Positions 50,501 through 64,000 of a stretch of DNA of 64,000 nt are shown piece after piece (the stretch's first letter is position 1; every line of letters starts with the position of its first letter). This DNA comes from Phoronis australis (lineage: Eukaryota > Animalia > Phoronida), in contig NMRA01000408.1 of assembly GCA_002633005.1 (NCBI GenBank), positions 1 to 64,000 on the forward strand, read 5' to 3'. The position numbers and the translations under genes were made by a program. A model generated the notes under the pieces. It ran no database searches. It saw nothing but the letters and a program-made list of their open reading frames with translations, and was not told the DNA's origin.

Positions 50501-52722
50501 GTCAGGGAAGTAAAAAACAAAATATCAATACAGGATTGACACTATTGAGTGCAATATCTCTGTGTAGGCGACAAGGAAACCAGGGAACATTAAGGCCAAC
50601 CAGGTAGTCCACTGTGTCAACACAAATTTATTTCCAGTGTAAGGTTCCTTTTTGAAGATCATATCAAAAACACCACAGGTGTGTAATGAAAGTCGGAACC
50701 ATTTCCAGGTATTTTTTTAAATTTAATTCAGTTTCATAAACATGGATAACATTTCTTGCACTAAACATCTCAAAAAACCAATTTGTTACATTTAAGTGTC
50801 AAAATCTGTAAGCAAGAGTTCAACTGACCGTCCTGTGCAATGGTCCAGATGTAATTAACTACCGATAACCCTGTTTGCATGACCAGAGCACATGTTGACT
50901 CAGTCTGTGTCAGTCATTCGCCAGAGCCATGAAAGATGGGAACTGCAGCGAGTTGGCACTCCCAGAGAGGATAGCAGTTCGCTTGTGCAGTGGATAAATG
51001 CCAAAATTTTCACTTTAAGCACCATGCTTGGTTCATACCGACCCCAAAATATATGACTGAGACTACCTTGCATCTTAGTGCGCATTTTACCCTCTAAAAT
51101 ATGCGAAATTTACTGAATTCACTTATTGGCGGCAACATGTACATGATGAGACTATTTTAAGTGATACTGTGAGATCTTTTTCTTTGAGAAAAGTCATTTT
51201 GTGTTCAAAACTGGTGAAAACAGAACATAAGAATCAATTCATAGGTGAAAAAACACATGACCATGTTGATGAATAGTGTTCAAGGACAGGAGATTTAGCA
51301 GAGACAGTTTGATTATCATTCATTTCCTCTAGGATCCACTATTCATTACTCTTAGAGTACAAGGCATTCTGGGAACATTCACAGCATGAGCCATCCATGC
51401 CATAATATGCTACAGACTTCACAGTAGGGAAAAACCTGTTTCCATTAAATAATAGAAAGCTACTTTTTCCACCAGAAATTTTAAGGACATACTTCAGTTC
51501 CTCTCAACAGGGTGTTACTTAATGCCCCATTCCCACCCCCCTGCACGCCCTCTCACACTTCCTAGAAACAAGATTTCGCACCTCTCTAGTAGACAGCAGC
51601 ATGCATTATGCAGAAAAGAGAGCATGAATCAGATAACATCTGCTTTCATTTTTCTCAATGAACGTAACCATGGCAACAAATCAGGGAGAGAGCCTAATCC
51701 TGCAACATCCTGTGATGAAATGGGAAACAAGCAAGGGAGTTTTTAACACAAATGTACTGTATAATGCTATAGCAACTAGTTGTTCACACTAGACCATCCG
51801 GTAATGCTAAGGGGAGATGGTGACCTCGACAACCAGGCATTTTTGAGTTTTGCGTGTAACTTTTCCTTAATTATAACACTAACAAAGCTCGAAGGAATAA
51901 AATTAAAACAAGTAATTATGTGAAAAGATCCTCAAAAACTGCTAGTTTTGCATGAGAGAAATAAGATAAGCGATGCATAGAACCACCATTGCATATAAAA
52001 ACAGCAGGCGCCTGTTAGTTTTTTCTACAAAAAACGAATATCTCTTACCATACAAAACAAACACTGCTGAGCACGTATGCCTCCGGAAGCAATGCCATAT
52101 CCAGCTGCCAATCAACCAAGAATAAACCAAAGATTACACCAGAACAAAACCGCAAAGACACAAAACTAGCCAGTGCCAACAGTTCAATATTTTGTGTTGA
52201 TAACACTCTTGTTATTGTTTTGTAACCAATGTATTCTACGTCACCTAGATATGCCAAAATATTTAGAGCCAAAACAGCTGCCAAGAAATGGGCTGTTTTG
52301 TATCAAGCAACCAAGAACAAATGGGGATCCAACTTCAGAAAATCTCCTTCATACATTCGATAAAAACAACCAAAAAACGGATAAAAAAACTTCTCTGCAA
52401 TTCCTGAAAAGAAATAATTTTCAGGTTGCTTACAAAAATGTTAAAATTCCAGAAAATAACAATTAACCAAAAGTAATGCCCACAATTAATAACTAACGAC
52501 CTGTTACCAAGAGATTCAAATTTCCCATGATGCCCTTGCAATGACACAACAGTTTGCATCGCATACTTCTGGAAACTAAAACTTATTTTGACTCCATGAT
52601 AGTGGAGCGATACGATGCATCGACACATCGCCGAGGAGTGGTAATCCATCCCAACAAAGAAACACAGCATTCCTGTTACTCCGATAGTTGGTTCCCATTT
52701 TGAGAACAGTGCTTTCACAGCT

Positions 52723-52970
52723 CGCCCGCCCGCATCTATTTCAGCCAAGATACCGTGCTTTCTAGAAAAGTTTGTGCTTTCTAGAAAAGTTCGTGCTTTC
52801 TAGAAAAGTTGCACAAAGGCACGCAAGCAAGGTTTGAAATGCCATGATTTGCTGATGAGTAAAAAAATCCCCACATCATTTTAGCTCGTCTAGGGCAGAT
52901 TTTTTAAAATAATGCCGAATCAATTTTCATGGAAAAACGAGACCAGAACCAACTCTAATTCTTTGGCCAA
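52723..52970 (+). repeat. cgcccgcccgcat-family repeat with an internal 3 x 19-bp tandem (52755-52810)
   Basis: gtgctttctagaaaagtt at 52755, 52774 and 52793. Flanks are homologous to 11194-11410. Confidence 0.75.
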
Positions 52971-55900
52971 TTGAGGACAGGATATGACAGAAAAGTTGAA
53001 AGTTATTTTTTCTTTAAAATTTCGTGTTTTGATAAAAATTGCAGGAATTCACAACAACATTTGAAGTCTTTGAAAAATGAAAAAAATACACCATGGTAAT
53101 TATTTTTCCCGAAATTGATGAAACTTTAGTGTAACCTTTGATTAGAAAATTAACAAAATGTGTTCTAAATTAAGGAATCGTTACCAAAAAAGTTCGATAT
53201 TACTCTCAATTTTACCATTGCGGTCAAAGCTGAAGAATCATTACCATACCCTAATACCCTAATAGGCTGCAGCCTTATTTTTTTGCTCAGACTAAGAAGA
53301 TAACCGCCAGGGGTAATTCTATAAGTCCCATCAATAAACTATGCTGCTGTGACCCATTAGAATACAGGTGATCAAAACCAGACTAAATGTACAGTTGTGG
53401 TTTATGTGGTTTTCCAGGGAAGAATTGTGACCACAGACAAGCCAAATGAAATAACAGGGAGGAAATGGGTCCCATGCACCAATCAATATGTTGGCGTGAA
53501 AACAACACTTGCACCAGCACTCCTAGGTAAAGGAGGGTTTGATTGATTAGAGGGCTTGGTCGGCTGAATACCCACAAAATAACACTTTCACGCAAGAACT
53601 AAAATGGAAGAATAGCCACTGAAGAACCAACAATGGGAGACCAATGCATTGTTGTTCACTGGTTTCCACCACGTCAAAATATTCATGTGAAACACACCTA
53701 CTAGTTTGAATGACAATGAAAAGATGCTCCTAAGTTCACCAGCGACAGACTTATTTCTCAATATTCAAGAAAACTGTCAATAGGTGAAGTTGTTCCAGGA
53801 AAATACAACAAAAAACAATGTTAGTGCTTACAAAAGCTTGTTAGATGAATAGAAATGAGTACCCATATGATATGGTACTTTGCCATTGCTCTGTATTTAC
53901 ATCAAGGTAAATGTCACCTAGAAACACTCAATATACCGTTGACCCAAAATCGCAGAGCGCAAAGAAAAAACTTCCCAATGCATCAAAACTTGTTCTGTTC
54001 ACTTCACTTCTAGCGAAAATGTCGTGGGCGATGATTGTAACTGGAGACATTTTAAAATGCTATAAATTTCCAAAAGTGCTCCAGTTCTCTAGTTTCCATT
54101 ATACTCTGCTCGTATTTGCAAAATTAAGCGTTGCCATACAAAAGGCCGACACTTATCTAAATGCAGACGCAGTGAAAATCATTGCAAACAACAGGTATAT
54201 TTAACTTGGCAGGAAGCGACCAATGAGATCCAAATAAAGCTCATTATTAGGATTCGCATAATGACGGAATTATACCCATTAATTGAGACAGAAAGGGAGT
54301 CGCCTCTTAGTATGGGCTGTTTACATTAGATTTATGAATGAATCTCCCGTAGTTCCAAAAGTTAAAACACTTACATTAAAGCAAGCTGTCACTCATGAAT
54401 TTTTTTACCGTAGTCATTCTTAATGATTTATAATTCGATTCGAAATTATTCGATTTCAACGTATGTTAAAAACAGTTATAATGAAAGCCTATTTCGAACA
54501 AACTATATAAAAAACCCTTTTAACTGACAGCTAGCATTTTAACTGCAATGGAAAACAATTCGATTTTCTTACTTGAAAAGCAGAAGACTGAATAACAATA
54601 AGATTTTATGATTTTTGAAAAATAAATATTTGCAGAATCATAACCCTCCCACGTCAACTTTCTATGGATATTTCAATAACAGATCAGATTGTTCACATTT
54701 TAGAAGTATTCAATGACCAAATCTGGAGGTAGTTTTCCTGCCTACAATCGTTCTACCAAGCAAATATTGCTAAAATTAGGACCATGCAGTTTTAACAAAC
54801 TAAACTGAAACAGCGTGGAACGGCTGAAACAGTTTTAGCATTCTGGAACCTTCCACAAACTTCCCCAGAGCAAAGCAACTAACCACAAGATTTATTCGCA
54901 CACGCTTTCTAAAAATCAATTTTAATTGGTCCCTAGTGTAGTGTGACACTTCACTTAGCCATAACCTTGATAACAACACAATGAAATAATTTGCATTTTT
55001 ATCAACAGCATGGACTTTAGTTTATCAGCACGAAAATATAGTGCTCAGTTAAAAATTTTTACAAGAAAAGGTGGGCATGACAACAGGTGAGGCTATGCTG
55101 AAGTAAAAATCAAAATTGTACCAATTTCAAGAATGAGTGCCTTTTTAATCACGTTTCAACAACTCAAAGTTGGCAGATCCAAAAATCAATGCTGCTACTG
55201 ACAGGCGACAGCTACACTCAGATGCCATAGAGCTAATTTCTATGGAGCCCACAATGGAAAAAACCATCTGCACAATTGTTTCTACTCTGCGACATATCAA
55301 GGGTGAATTACACTGGTATGGTTCGAATGATGCACTATACTCTCGTCTTAAGAATATTGGTTAAAAATTAAACAAGTCATCCACGACTTTGACAGACAGG
55401 TAAACCAAAACAGTAGACATTGTAAAACTGAAGTATGGTAAAATATAGACTATTTCAAACAAAACAATTGCCAGAATTGACCGTTGTTTATTTCTCAAGG
55501 GATTGTAACAAAGTTGTGTCCATAATTTTTCAAAAATATTATTTCTTGGTAGCTATGGTATAGAAGTACAGAACTAGAAAATGATACGAAATTGATTTGA
55601 CGGAACTTGTCTTTTCTGAAAAAACAAGAAGATAACATTTCACTTGTCTGCCATATAGTCATAAATTGGCAAGATTTTATCAGGTACTAATCAGGATAAT
55701 TTATCCCACATCAAAAGAACAACCAACCTCTAAAAGCTTACGGATCAAGTTGCAAAAAAACTGGTGCAAAAGTGAAATTTTATTTTGTCAAGTTTATAAA
55801 AATTTTGTATATTATTAGCATGCTTTCTACTTGCATGTATGTCCTTAAACAACATTTGATAAAGTTTCCATAATTTGCACAAAAGTAATCAAACATTGAA

Positions 55901-58457
55901 AACGGTCCGGGCAATAGTCAAGTGCAAAATCTAAGTAGAAACAAAGTTAAAGACAGCTACTATGAACAAAACTTGGCAATTGAAGAGGAAACTTTTATTC
56001 GTGTCCAAAAATTTTACAAAAAATTCCAAATTGAGAGTTAAATTGGTGAAGTATACGTGTGTCCTTCACCTTGGCTACTGAGTTTTGTATCTCCTTATCC
56101 GAAGAAGCCAGAGTACAGTGTCACCCCAGCTCAGTTTACTAGTTGTCCTGACCACATCAAACGAATCGCCAGCTTGTAATTAACTCTAATAAACCAGAAC
56201 CTTTTTAATAATTCGACACCTCAGTGGGCAAGTGCAGAAAGGGCATAGGGGTGATCCCGCCAGTAGCAAGGCAAATCAGTACAATTTTCCCTCATTAATT
56301 GATAAAGAGCAACCTCCAGGGGGGCTTATCGAATGGGAATCGGCCATCCAACACAAAGTAAATTATTATCACTAAGTACCACATTAAAATACATAAAAGC
56401 GAAATCGAGTCATTGTCAAGTGATTCATCACAACTGCAGCGCACACTGTATGCCATTCGGGCAGACAGAATCTGAGTACAAATTCAGCATTTCAAGGGCA
56501 GAAAACAAGGCGCCGGGATGTCATAAATTTCAAATGTCAACTCACGACATGAATTTCGATAGCTTGTCCAACTTTGGAGCCAGACATCTATGGGGAGGGG
56601 GGTTGGTCCACATGACATAAAGAACTATAAACCAGTATCATGATTACAAATACATTGGACACAAGGGCTTCATATCCTGGCTAGTTATCTTCTTCAGCAG
56701 ACCTCTTGTCCACGAAAATATTTGTCACCGACAGGAGGTTATATGAGAAACTGGGTTAGGCTTTTCAAATATTGACCCAAAACTGTCTTTGTTCACGATA
56801 CAAACAAAACTGTTTGCATTCATTAATTTGAACAGGAAAACAGTCAAAAGTATACTCCTGGATGGGGTAAGAATCGAAGTAAATATTTCCAAATGACGTA
56901 AAGACTGATGAAACAAAAAACAATATATTTATGACTATGATATTAAGTCACATACAATAAGTATAAAAACAAATTATGAAATCTTGGTAAAAATGCGTAC
57001 AACACATCTAACTCATTGTCCATTGAAAAACTCTCTTACTTGTGTTCAGTCAGGCACTAGCAACAGACAGTGACGAAAGCTTTGAATCGTAACTTTTTCG
57101 CTCAGGCTTCATCAATTTTTTTCTACAACATTTGCATTTGTGATTTATTACACTAAAGCTACGATGCATGCGTTTCAACTGAGTGAAAGCGTATAATTTC
57201 AGTCAACAAGACAGGAATCGAATTGCTACTACAAAATCATGGGAAGGAAAAATTGAATACACACGGCAAAACAGAAGCACTAGGCCAATTGACACATCTG
57301 TCAATCAAAGCCATTCAAGCTTTGACCTGGACTACCTCTAAAAGGATTAGCAGTCTGAACAGTGTGGAATGTCTTCTCTCTATCCACCAGCCAGAACACA
57401 GCTCACTAAGTAAGGGAAGGGCCATAAGTGAAGCTTAGATAGACGATTGATATTGTACTAAGTTCTGAGTGTAAGGTGCGCAATAACTGGCAACTGTTCT
57501 CCACAGTTCTCAGGGTAAGAGAGACAACTTTGCAATAAGGAAACCCAGGAGAATTTGAAAGCAGTAAAGTCAAACATTTGTGCAGTGACATCTGTGGACA
57601 GCTACAAAACTCCAACGTAGTTACTTTGACTTCCCATTGTCCCCAGGCGGGATAAGATGTATTTGCGATTCACTCAAATGAATATTTTTGTCGTTTTTAC
57701 ACAAAAGTTCTATATTATCATAAGACTGCAAGTGAGTGAGTCCTCCCCCCTAGAGGGGGCATTGCCACTTGAACAGGGCCAGGTGCTGCTGGAAGTGACC
57801 AATCATTTCTTAAATATATGTAAGTGGCATACATTTTGGGAGCTAGAATTCTTGAGAAAGGTCCATTCACAAAGGCACAGTCACTTTAAAAAAGTCTTGA
57901 TCTCATAAATTAGGGGTGGACACTGAGTCACGAATGACCATTTCAAAGTGAAAATTAAAACATTTCGAGACGAAAATGGGCAGTAACTCGGACAAGTGCA
58001 CCAAAAGCTATGACACGCCAGGCAAAAACTGACTACGTTGTTCCACAGAAATGTGGCAATGAAGTTACCACGCTACAATCACAAACGCACAATCAAGCTA
58101 ACCTATCCCAGTATATTCACCTACCTCATCCACCTTATTTTGACAGGGTTATGTCACACGTGGTTGGATAAACTTTCAGAAGAAAACAAACACCAAAGAC
58201 CAGAGAATGCGTCTGGCTCATTAATGCAAATTTTATTCAATGCATTCCAAAGGTGGACACCCCAGCAAGCCAGAGGTCTTGTTTATTTGCCAAGCAAGGC
58301 ACCAATGGCCAGTCCTTCGGCCATTCACTTCTGGAATGTGTGGAAGAGAAAGGTGAGATATCAGTGTATCCTAGGACGTCACGTAACAGAATCTTAAACA
58401 CACAAAATTCTGCCATATCCAGGAAGTTATCATCACTTCATTAACTTTGTATGACAG

Positions 58458-58526
58458 CATATCCACATTAACATAATAGACATATCCACATTAACATAAT
58501 ATATATATCCACTTTAACATAATATA
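58458..58526. repeat. 3 x 23-bp tandem repeat
   Basis: catatccacattaacataataga and two variants. Confidence 0.85.
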
Positions 58527-60431
58527 ACAACGAACACGGCGTCAATGTTTGACACGTCCAGATTTGAGACGGAATATTTCCCCTGAAAACTCTTGACCAA
58601 GAGAGAATCACAAACATATCTGGGTCAACACACAATGTATAGGGATTTCATAACCATTTCAAAGCGTGGTATTCCATAACCAAATCAGGAGATGGTCTCT
58701 CTTTAGACTAGGGGCCACAGGTGGCCTTGTTGAACCACTTTTGGATGACACTAACCAACAACTACCAGTCTAGGAGTGTGCTCTCAATGGTTGAAGCGAT
58801 TTAAAACCACAAACAGCCACTAAAGTGCAGACTGCCACTTCGGGTAGCTTCCCCACTCTAAAGAGAATAGGACCCAGCTGATAGCACTGTGTGCTCATCG
58901 TCAGAGCAATTCATTTCACTGACCAAGATGATTTTACCATAAAAATACCAGTGTCTAAAATAAATAAAATGTCAATGAAACCTGACAACAGTGCATATAG
59001 TAAAAAACGGAAATTTAGTAGATAATTGAAGGACTGTTAACCAAGAGTTAAATACATGTCTTGTGCAACTATTACTCTCAATTCCTTAAAATCTTGTCTT
59101 GCCTGATTCAACCTAGAAAAATCATTGAATTTGAAATTGAAAAAGGTTTCACCAACAACTAAAACAAAAAATACTGTCAGATTCAGGGCAGAGTTTAATA
59201 GCTGTCTTGTGGCGAGAAAAATTTATCCAAAAATTACATGCTCTCATTGGAAATACACGGCAATATCGTGAAGACTTGCTTTTTAGCGAGGTCCTAGCAT
59301 TACTGAACTCTAACGAGAATGAGTTTCGTTGAATCCATGACAACATATGCAGCACTATTGCAAAGACTAAGTTGTTGCTGAATAGTATGCATTGGAGTGA
59401 AGCAAGGACCCGAAACACCATTCAGGCACGCTCCCAGTTTACCCATACCATGTACAGGGCTTGGAGAGGCTAGATAAGATAGCCACAGGTAGATATCTGA
59501 TGTTGCTAAAGACTACCTGGGAAAGGTTCTAGAATGTTCTCTACAAATGTTGCTGAGACAATTCACCAGCCCACTTCTCTATCACAAATGTTCTGCCACT
59601 CCAACACAGATAAGAAGTTCAATATCGCATGTAAACGTCAAATTACAAAAAGTGAATGTTTGTCCAGATTTAATGCTCAAAATTGAAAACGTGAAAAGAA
59701 AATTCAATTTTCCCATTCAGGCTGATCAAGGGAACGATAAATTTTATATTTTTCTTTAATTACCATAATATGAATATTCAAGATACTGGCCTCTTATTCA
59801 TTAAATAAATTTTGGTAACCATCAGATCTCAGGATAGATCCAGAGAGAGGGTCCAGAACCCAACTCAGTGGCTTTACCATTTAATGCAGCCAATGTTTGG
59901 TTGGACCCGGCCTTCAATAGCTACCAGCTCTCCAGATTATAGCTACAGACAGCTACCTAGCATTGGGCAGCCACAAACATGCGCAGACACTTTCAAACAA
60001 ATTTGTGAACTTTCCCCCCAGGCTTACAGTTCCAGGCAGAACATAGAGCAGCCAACAGATGCTAGTTGTTGCGTCACTGCCATTTACACAAGAAATTGCC
60101 TGTATAAATTAAGCCCTCCACATGGATTAGATTTACCACCCCTTCAAGGGGAGAGCAGAGCAGCGGAAGTTAGACAGACAGGTTATATGCAATTAAAGGG
60201 ATGGGTCAGTCAAACCACTTGGACAATCAGGCGGAGGGCTGGGATTGGTCAAGTGTTGCCATCTCCGTGGCAACAAACATACTTGAGCCCATGTAAAAGG
60301 AATGATGGTACTACAGTCAATATGAAATTATTTAACAACTGACCTCTGAACAGAGAATTCGCTTTAAACACAAGACTTTCAATACTTCAACACATGAAAA
60401 GACTTCCATGCTGAATAAGAAGCTAAATATG

Positions 60432-60990
60432 TATGGCAAGCCCATGGTAAAAGTTCGGTAATAAAAGGCTAGAGCACTCTAACTGGCCAAACTACCCCAG
60501 GGACATGCTTCTTCAGGAGTCTATTAGCCTGAGTCTTTTGACTTCTGCTAAAAATCTGACTAAGAATAGTCAAAAGTTGATTTCTTGTTTTTTGCATTTC
60601 TCATTAAGGTTTGTGTACAGTCTATTTCATCAGACTCTGGATTTCCGTCTTTCAACTTCCGAGTTGTAGACAGATTTTTCGACTTTCAGCCTTTGACCGA
60701 TTTTCATCAAACGCCCTAAGCCATCCGAAAGATTTATATTTAGCCATAAGTCAAAATACAGAAGGCAATAGACTCTTTCCAAAAAGACATCAGGGCTTGA
60801 TTTGGGGACTTGCAGCTTGCCAATTTGACTTCAGATTTTGTTGGGTGACCTAGTAAAAATCCCAAGATTCCAAAAAGTCACCGGATTTTTGCAAGCTGCA
60901 ATCCAGCCACAACTATGATATCGCTCCCAGGTTGTAACTAAGTCGAAAGAAGTCAGAAAAAGAAGATCCCCCTTAAAACTGGCTTCCTGA
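60432..60990. mobile_element. Possible decayed MITE with tatggcaagcc ... ggcttcc ends and gactt/aagtc subrepeats
   Basis: gactt motifs dominate the left half and aagtc motifs the right half. Terminal match is weak. Confidence 0.35.
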
Positions 60991-61208
60991 TAAGAACTCA
61001 TTCAATGCAAACGCCACGAAAAGAAAGTGCCCATGTGAACTTTGCTACACAAGCGCTAAGTTGATAATTGTTAAATGTAATCATTTTGGCCTTGACTGCC
61101 ACTTCTGCAGGAGCTAGCTGATTAGGCGAAGTTGCACGGCCTGGAAAAGGAGGGGTAAGTTGTCATGCTGGTGTCAAGTAGAGCTAGTTAAATTTATATC
61201 CACACGAC

Positions 61209-61280
61209 CAGCTTGAACAACTAAACAACCGGCAGCTTGAACAACTAAATAACGACAAGCTTGAACAACTAAACGACGAC
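61209..61280. repeat. 3 x 24-bp tandem repeat
   Basis: agcttgaacaactaaa core in units starting at 61209, 61233 and 61257. Confidence 0.88.
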
Positions 61281-64000
61281 CAGTCGGGACGCAACTTAAC
61301 AATCACTGCACAAGCAAGTTGGCAACATATGAACTGACAGTAATGGTAGCCAACTAAATACCTTAATTTGATAACAGGCTATTTATAGTTCAAATTACAG
61401 GAAATGGAAACAGTCACAATTAACCTCATTTTCAAGTGAAATTGTGTAAAAACTTAGCCAAGCCTCCAAATGCTATGCGCACTCGCGAGTGAGTTTTCAC
61501 ACAACGAAGACCCCAGTTAATAAAATCTTACATCTTTCAGTACAGTAAAACTACGCTGTGGGTTTTGTAGAAAAACTAGAATCCAATACTCTCGTACACA
61601 CAAATACAATTTATTGTGCGGTGAAAATGATTGCACCCTGCAGGAGCTTGCACGGCCTGTTGAGAAGTAAGAGCATCGTGCCCGAGAGGAACACGGGAAA
61701 CGAATGTAGCGAACAGTGGGACCTCCGCACAACCAGAGGTCAAACATTTCACAACACAATCACTTCCTGCCACCAACAGGATAAGATACTTTGCGTTGTC
61801 AAGCATGGCTGATAATCACTGATTTTCATTATGCCGCGTTAAAAGTGTTCTTTGGATATCTCGACTTCCATTCATTAACTGCCGGAAATAATGAGTAATA
61901 AGCTGAGCCGAGCTCTTCTGATTTATTTGAAATTGACCAGAGAGCATCCTGCCTTGAAGTGATTAGACTTAACTCAGCTTAAAACAGTTTATCAGCCCAG
62001 ACCCCCCAGTGTAGTCGACTTAGAGATAATATGTATTTTAACATTTTCCAATCTCCGCGCTCATCAGCCATTCATGGGATCTAGCAATGGTGGATATCCT
62101 TTATCACGTGTAGAGTGCACCTCGGGTATCAGAGGCGAGCAATAAATACACGAAGCCGTCGAGCACAGCGGATATTGAGGATTATAAAACTAAATTTAAA
62201 CAGTAAAGATCAAAAAGTCAAGCACGCTACACTTTGCTCTGAAGGAATGAAAAATAAACTACACAACAATGGTCAAATCGGACCAAAAATAAAATTCGCT
62301 TCAGTTGCCATTTTTCATATTTTTCAAAGGATATCCATAATGCACTAAATACAAATTGTTTTACCAGAGGTTGATTGGCAACAGATACTCTATGTAAACT
62401 ACGCTAAAAGCAAAGTAAAATTTACTAAATAAATATTTTTTTGAAAATTTTCACCCTTGTCCATTATATTAAGTCCTAAACTGAATAATTTTTAAAAATT
62501 CACACAGCAACACAGCAAACAACAAGAAATTCAGTTTTGTTGATTTTCAAAACTTCAGCAAACCTCAACCAAATGTCACCCAAGCCAACAGACCATTGCT
62601 GTCATCCCCGAACAAGACTTTTGATTGACACCTTGTCATTCAGAAACAGGAACCTAGTGTACTCACAGGCATTCAAAGAAGTTACTGATCTCTGATAGCC
62701 CAGTTCACCAGCTGTGTTGACTTAGCAGAAATCCTGGGCGACAGATTCATCGGACAGTAGTCTGCCAGCTCAAGAGCGACTCATTCACAAACATTGATGA
62801 GATGGACACTCCTGTAAATTTGAATGGACCACTCATTTTTTGACAATAGGATGGGCATACCATGCCAAACTCACATGCTTCCACTTGAAAAGCCCTGTTA
62901 TCACATCGCCAAAGTGTGAAAGGCATACAAGTGCTGAAAAGAATTTCTCAATCCAAACCTTAGTTTTAACACCAGTTCTGTTATCTCCAGAGCAAAGCTT
63001 CAACCTAACATGGAGTTTCACCACAACTAGAGTAACCAAAAATATTGTGCTCAGACATCACCCAAAATCGAGTTATCCTTCCTACTAACAGCTCACCATT
63101 TGCTTCTATTTATACTCTGTAAAACACTCTAATGCCTATGAATGGTATTTTCAAAGAGCCATGTGTTTTCTCAATCAAGCAATGAACTGTGTCAACACTA
63201 ATTAGGATACTTGTCGCACAAACACTACCTGGAAATAAAAAGACCTTCAAAAGTAACGCGTATGAAACTTCCAACTGTTTCGCGCATTACACACAAACTG
63301 TCACACAAACCGTTATGGTCAAGTCAGCCAAAAAAAAATAGGTTGAGAAAATCAGAGCGTAACCATCCAATATGTCAGAGACTGGTCTTGTCAGAGGTCT
63401 CTGAATGAACCCGTTTGTGGTTTATCAGTGACAAGATGGGTTTGGTGCTGGGTCAACCATTAAATCACCCAGTCTGTTAAGTGAACTCTCAGGCAAATAC
63501 ATACGAACCCTCTCCTTGCCAACAACAGGTTCTAGAATAAAAGCGTGCAATTTTAAAATTTAAGAAGAGTTCGCCTCAAAATGACTTTGGCTGCTTTCCC
63601 AGTAGGGGAGCTGCAGTCTATCCAAATTTCCTTCATACTTTTTTCCAAGCAATTGAAATACAACAATGTCAGAGTTACCAATAGATAACTGTTCCATCAT
63701 CGAAATAAACATTATACAGTGTAGTTCGTTGATTCGCATTCTTCAAGTCTCACGTGTAAGAGCTTCCAAGCTACAGTAATAATTCTGCTGGAAGAATAAA
63801 AACCGTGCATTAAATACATTAACTTTTGTATTCTATCCAATACCAGTTTTAATCGAGTTCAACTTCCACACCCACCACAGCACTTCATCACTACAGAAAA
63901 TGAACAGCTTAAAATATCTGACTGTACAGCTACAACGGATACAACAAAAATTTTAAGCACGGTGGCTCAAAATTTGAACATGGAGATCAAAACTTGACCA

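Noticed and set aside
59812-60342. Longest ORF in the window (176 aa)
   Set aside because: Starts at TTG, with no recognisable domain and no convincing splice context. Compatible with chance, though a BLASTP would settle it.

Overview
AT-rich eukaryotic (metazoan, invertebrate-like) DNA with no intact protein-coding gene that I can support. Most ORFs in the track are chance or low-complexity ORFs. The window is mostly decayed mobile DNA, tandem repeats and unique non-coding sequence. The best-supported element is a 2.56-kb non-autonomous P-superfamily (P/Galileo-type) transposon at 1109-3667. It has CAAAGAT...ATCTTTG termini, a perfect 7-bp target-site duplication (CCGTCTG), and a two-exon, frameshifted THAP zinc-finger relic whose intron splits an Arg codon. 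Removing it reconstitutes what may be an older THAP relic on the minus strand. Also present are a 5'-truncated L1/Tx1 LINE fragment, several MITE families (one with 5-bp TSDs in two independent copies, one hAT MITE with an 8-bp TSD), a Helentron-like element with CTCF-like motifs, and a homogeneous 28-bp satellite that appears derived from flanking 21-bp subrepeats. A local duplication (1-768 / 30629-31088) and a probable assembly artefact at the N at 16532 are also seen. I found no evidence for a new intact biological system. All family assignments are by eye, without database searches.
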